Shown here piece after piece: positions 62,022 through 64,000 of a stretch of DNA of 64,000 nucleotides. Position 1 is the stretch's first letter; each line of letters begins with the position of its first letter. The translations under genes were made by a program, and so were the position numbers. The notes under the pieces were generated by a model that saw only the letters and a program-made list of their open reading frames with translations, did no database searches and was not told the origin of the DNA. This DNA comes from Geopsychrobacteraceae bacterium (GTDB lineage: Bacteria; Desulfobacterota; Desulfuromonadia; Desulfuromonadales; Geopsychrobacteraceae). The DNA is taken from NCBI GenBank assembly GCA_963662315.1, contig OY759353.1:320001-384000 (forward strand). Reading direction: 5' to 3'.

Positions 62022-63731
62022 ATGACAGACACACGCTTAGAGAAAAAAACATCTATACTGCTGATCGATGACGTGCCTCTGGTCCTTGATCTTCTTGAAG
62101 ATATTCTTGAAGACGAAGACTATCCGATCTTGAGACTTGAAAACGGCTTGTCTGTGCCGCAGGTTCTTGATCAGGAAAACGTTGCTCTGGTTTTTTGTGA
62201 TGTATCCTTGCCTGATATCAGTGGTGTTGAGGTGTTGCGCATGATCAAGCAGCATACACCCGAAATTCAGGTTATCATTATCTCCGGGCAGCAGGATTTT
62301 GATATCGCGCGTCAGGTGTTGCGCGAACGGGCTTTTGACTTCCTGGTTAAGCCATTTTCCGCCGAGGAGGTTCTTGAGGTTACGCGCCAGGGGATTACGG
62401 CCTATTATCAGGCCTTGCATCAGGAGCAGGTCCGTCTTGAGGCGCAACGGCGCATGGCGGATCTGGTTCTGCTCAAGCAGGTCGGTGAAAAAGCCAGTTC
62501 CGGAAACAATCTGCAGGAGTTGTTTGATCAGATTCTTGACTCCATTGTTCACTCTGCTCAGGTTGAGGTCGCTTCGCTGATGCTGGTGCAAGATGATGAT
62601 TGCCTGCATATCGCCTCTGCTTCAGGTTTGCCGGAGAATATCATTGCCACGACCAAAGTGGCCTCCGGCGAGGGGATTTCCGGTCACGTTATGGCTACAG
62701 GAGAGCCGGTTCTGGTTCCTAATATCGATCTGGACAGCCGCTTTACCAGTCATCAGCATGGTGGCAAGTATAAAAACCAGTCGCTCTTGTCAGTGCCAAT
62801 TTCAGTACGGGATGAGCTGGTTGGCGTTATTAACGTCAACAATAAAAAGACTGGAGAGTCCTTTGACCTGGAAGATCAGAATCTGTTGGTTGCGATTGCC
62901 AATCAGGTTGCTCTGGCGATGGAAAACTTCGAACTGATTAATAGCCTCAGACAGCAGGCTCTGGTGCTTGAACGGACCAATGAAGACCTGGTTCGGATGA
63001 ACAGGGCCAGGACCCGGTTGGTATGTAATCTTTCCCATGAACTGAAAACGCCTCTGACATCCATAATGGGCTATGTCGACCTGTCTTTGTCGTTTTTTAA
63101 CAAACTCAGCGAAGAGGAACTGAAAGAGAACCTGGCAGAAGTTCGTGATGAAGGGGTTCGGCTGGAACGGCTGATTACCGGAATGCTGCGGTTGTTTTCT
63201 ATCGAATCTGAACGAGAAGTCTGGCGCTGGAAGTCCTTCGGTGTTCCCTGGCCGATTGCTGATGCCTTTCAGCTCTACCGGACTAAAATGAACGATCGTG
63301 ATCTACACCCTGATATTCAGATTGATGAAGATCTTCCCGAGGTTTATGGTGACCAGGAAAAATTCAGTATGGCTTTTAACTGTCTGATTGATAATGCCAT
63401 TAAGTTCAATCGTGATGGCGGGATTATTAATGTTTCTGCAGAGAGACAGTTTTTTGAAGGCAACGAGTATGTCTGTCTGCATGTCTATAATGATGGCCTG
63501 AAAGTACCCCTTGAAGCACATGAAACCATTTTTAACTCTTATACCCAGCTGGGTGATATTGACACCGAAAAACCCCATGGCGTCGGTATCGGCCTGGCTT
63601 TAGCTAAAGTTGTAGTGGATCGCATGCTTGGACAGATTTATCTGGAAGATGTGCCTGACAAGGAAGGAACCTGTTTCGGGCTGTTGTTGCCCACGGAAGA
63701 GACCTATAACGCATGTAAAGGTGGTTTATGA
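62022..63731 (+). CDS. Receiver-GAF-histidine kinase
   Basis: Receiver LIDD/CDVSLP, GAF domain, SHELKTPL, DNAIKF, GVGIGL; start at 62013 or 62022. Confidence 0.88.
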   Translation: MTDTRLEKKTSILLIDDVPLVLDLLEDILEDEDYPILRLENGLSVPQVLDQENVALVFCDVSLPDISGVEVLRMIKQHTPEIQVIIISGQQDFDIARQVLRERAFDFLVKPFSAEEVLEVTRQGITAYYQALHQEQVRLEAQRRMADLVLLKQVGEKASSGNNLQELFDQILDSIVHSAQVEVASLMLVQDDDCLHIASASGLPENIIATTKVASGEGISGHVMATGEPVLVPNIDLDSRFTSHQHGGKYKNQSLLSVPISVRDELVGVINVNNKKTGESFDLEDQNLLVAIANQVALAMENFELINSLRQQALVLERTNEDLVRMNRARTRLVCNLSHELKTPLTSIMGYVDLSLSFFNKLSEEELKENLAEVRDEGVRLERLITGMLRLFSIESEREVWRWKSFGVPWPIADAFQLYRTKMNDRDLHPDIQIDEDLPEVYGDQEKFSMAFNCLIDNAIKFNRDGGIINVSAERQFFEGNEYVCLHVYNDGLKVPLEAHETIFNSYTQLGDIDTEKPHGVGIGLALAKVVVDRMLGQIYLEDVPDKEGTCFGLLLPTEETYNACKGGL

Positions 63732-64000
63732 ATCATGAAGAAATTCCTGCCGGATTTCGTTTTTCCGGTATTGTCAGTGGCATTAAAAAATCGGGTAAGG
63801 CTGACCTTGCTCTTATTGTTGCCGATGCTCCGGCTCGTTGCGCCGGAGTTTTTACCCGGAATAAGGTTATCGCGGCTCCTCTTATTATCTCAAAACCGAA
63901 AATCGCATCAGGGGTCTGTCAGGCGATTTTGGTCAATAGCGGCAATGCCAACGCCTGCACTGGTGAGCAGGGGCTGATGGCAGCGCAACAAACGGCCGCT
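63728..64000 (+). CDS. argJ: Bifunctional ornithine acetyltransferase ArgJ, 5' part
   Basis: My translation MNHEEIPAGFRFSGIVSGIKKSGKADLALI...GVFTRN...NSGNANACTG; ATGA overlap with the kinase stop; runs off window. Confidence 0.92.
   Translation, partial: MNHEEIPAGFRFSGIVSGIKKSGKADLALIVADAPARCAGVFTRNKVIAAPLIISKPKIASGVCQAILVNSGNANACTGEQGLMAAQQTAA

Noticed and set aside
63735..63977. 80-aa ORF in the track
   Set aside because: Wrong frame; the real gene is argJ starting at 63728.

Overview
Chromosomal window from a deltaproteobacterium. It looks Desulfuromonadales/Geobacter-like, judged from gene order, sigma54 regulators and a GEMM-I riboswitch. Left part (1-17.5 kb): a lactate uptake and utilisation operon (TRAP dctPQM, larA racemase, lutA, lutB-lutC fusion), an OrpR-like Fe-S PAS sigma54 activator with its probable target operon (NifU-Mrp fusion and an FAD/NADH oxidoreductase), and a PAS kinase/HDOD response-regulator cluster. 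Middle (about 17.7-38.2 kb): an AT-richer accessory region ending at tRNA-Ala(GGC). It holds IS3, an OmpA/VWA/TSP3 lipoprotein, a chemoreceptor under an A20-variant GEMM-I (predicted c-AMP-GMP) riboswitch, a MITE and a beta-helix lipoprotein. It also holds a stand-alone contractile sheath + tube pair with no baseplate, a polymorphic toxin (unrecognised N-terminus, RNase A-like C-terminus) with an immunity gene and an orphan JAB-like tip, a RAYT-like Y1 transposase with duplicated inverted ends, a ~1240-aa PD-(D/E)xK protein and IS256. Right part (38.5-64 kb): core genes selA-selB-selD (selD has an in-frame UGA/Sec codon missed by the ORF track), a TatA-like small ORF, a PAS-exonuclease, purC, ppiD, mreBCD-mrdA-rodA, nadK, recN, an acetyltransferase, an M23 peptidase, secA, a hybrid kinase and the start of argJ. 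The strongest candidate for a new system is the minimal sheath-tube plus polymorphic toxin/immunity locus at 24.3-32.3 kb. All family calls come from motif recognition by eye; no database searches were run.
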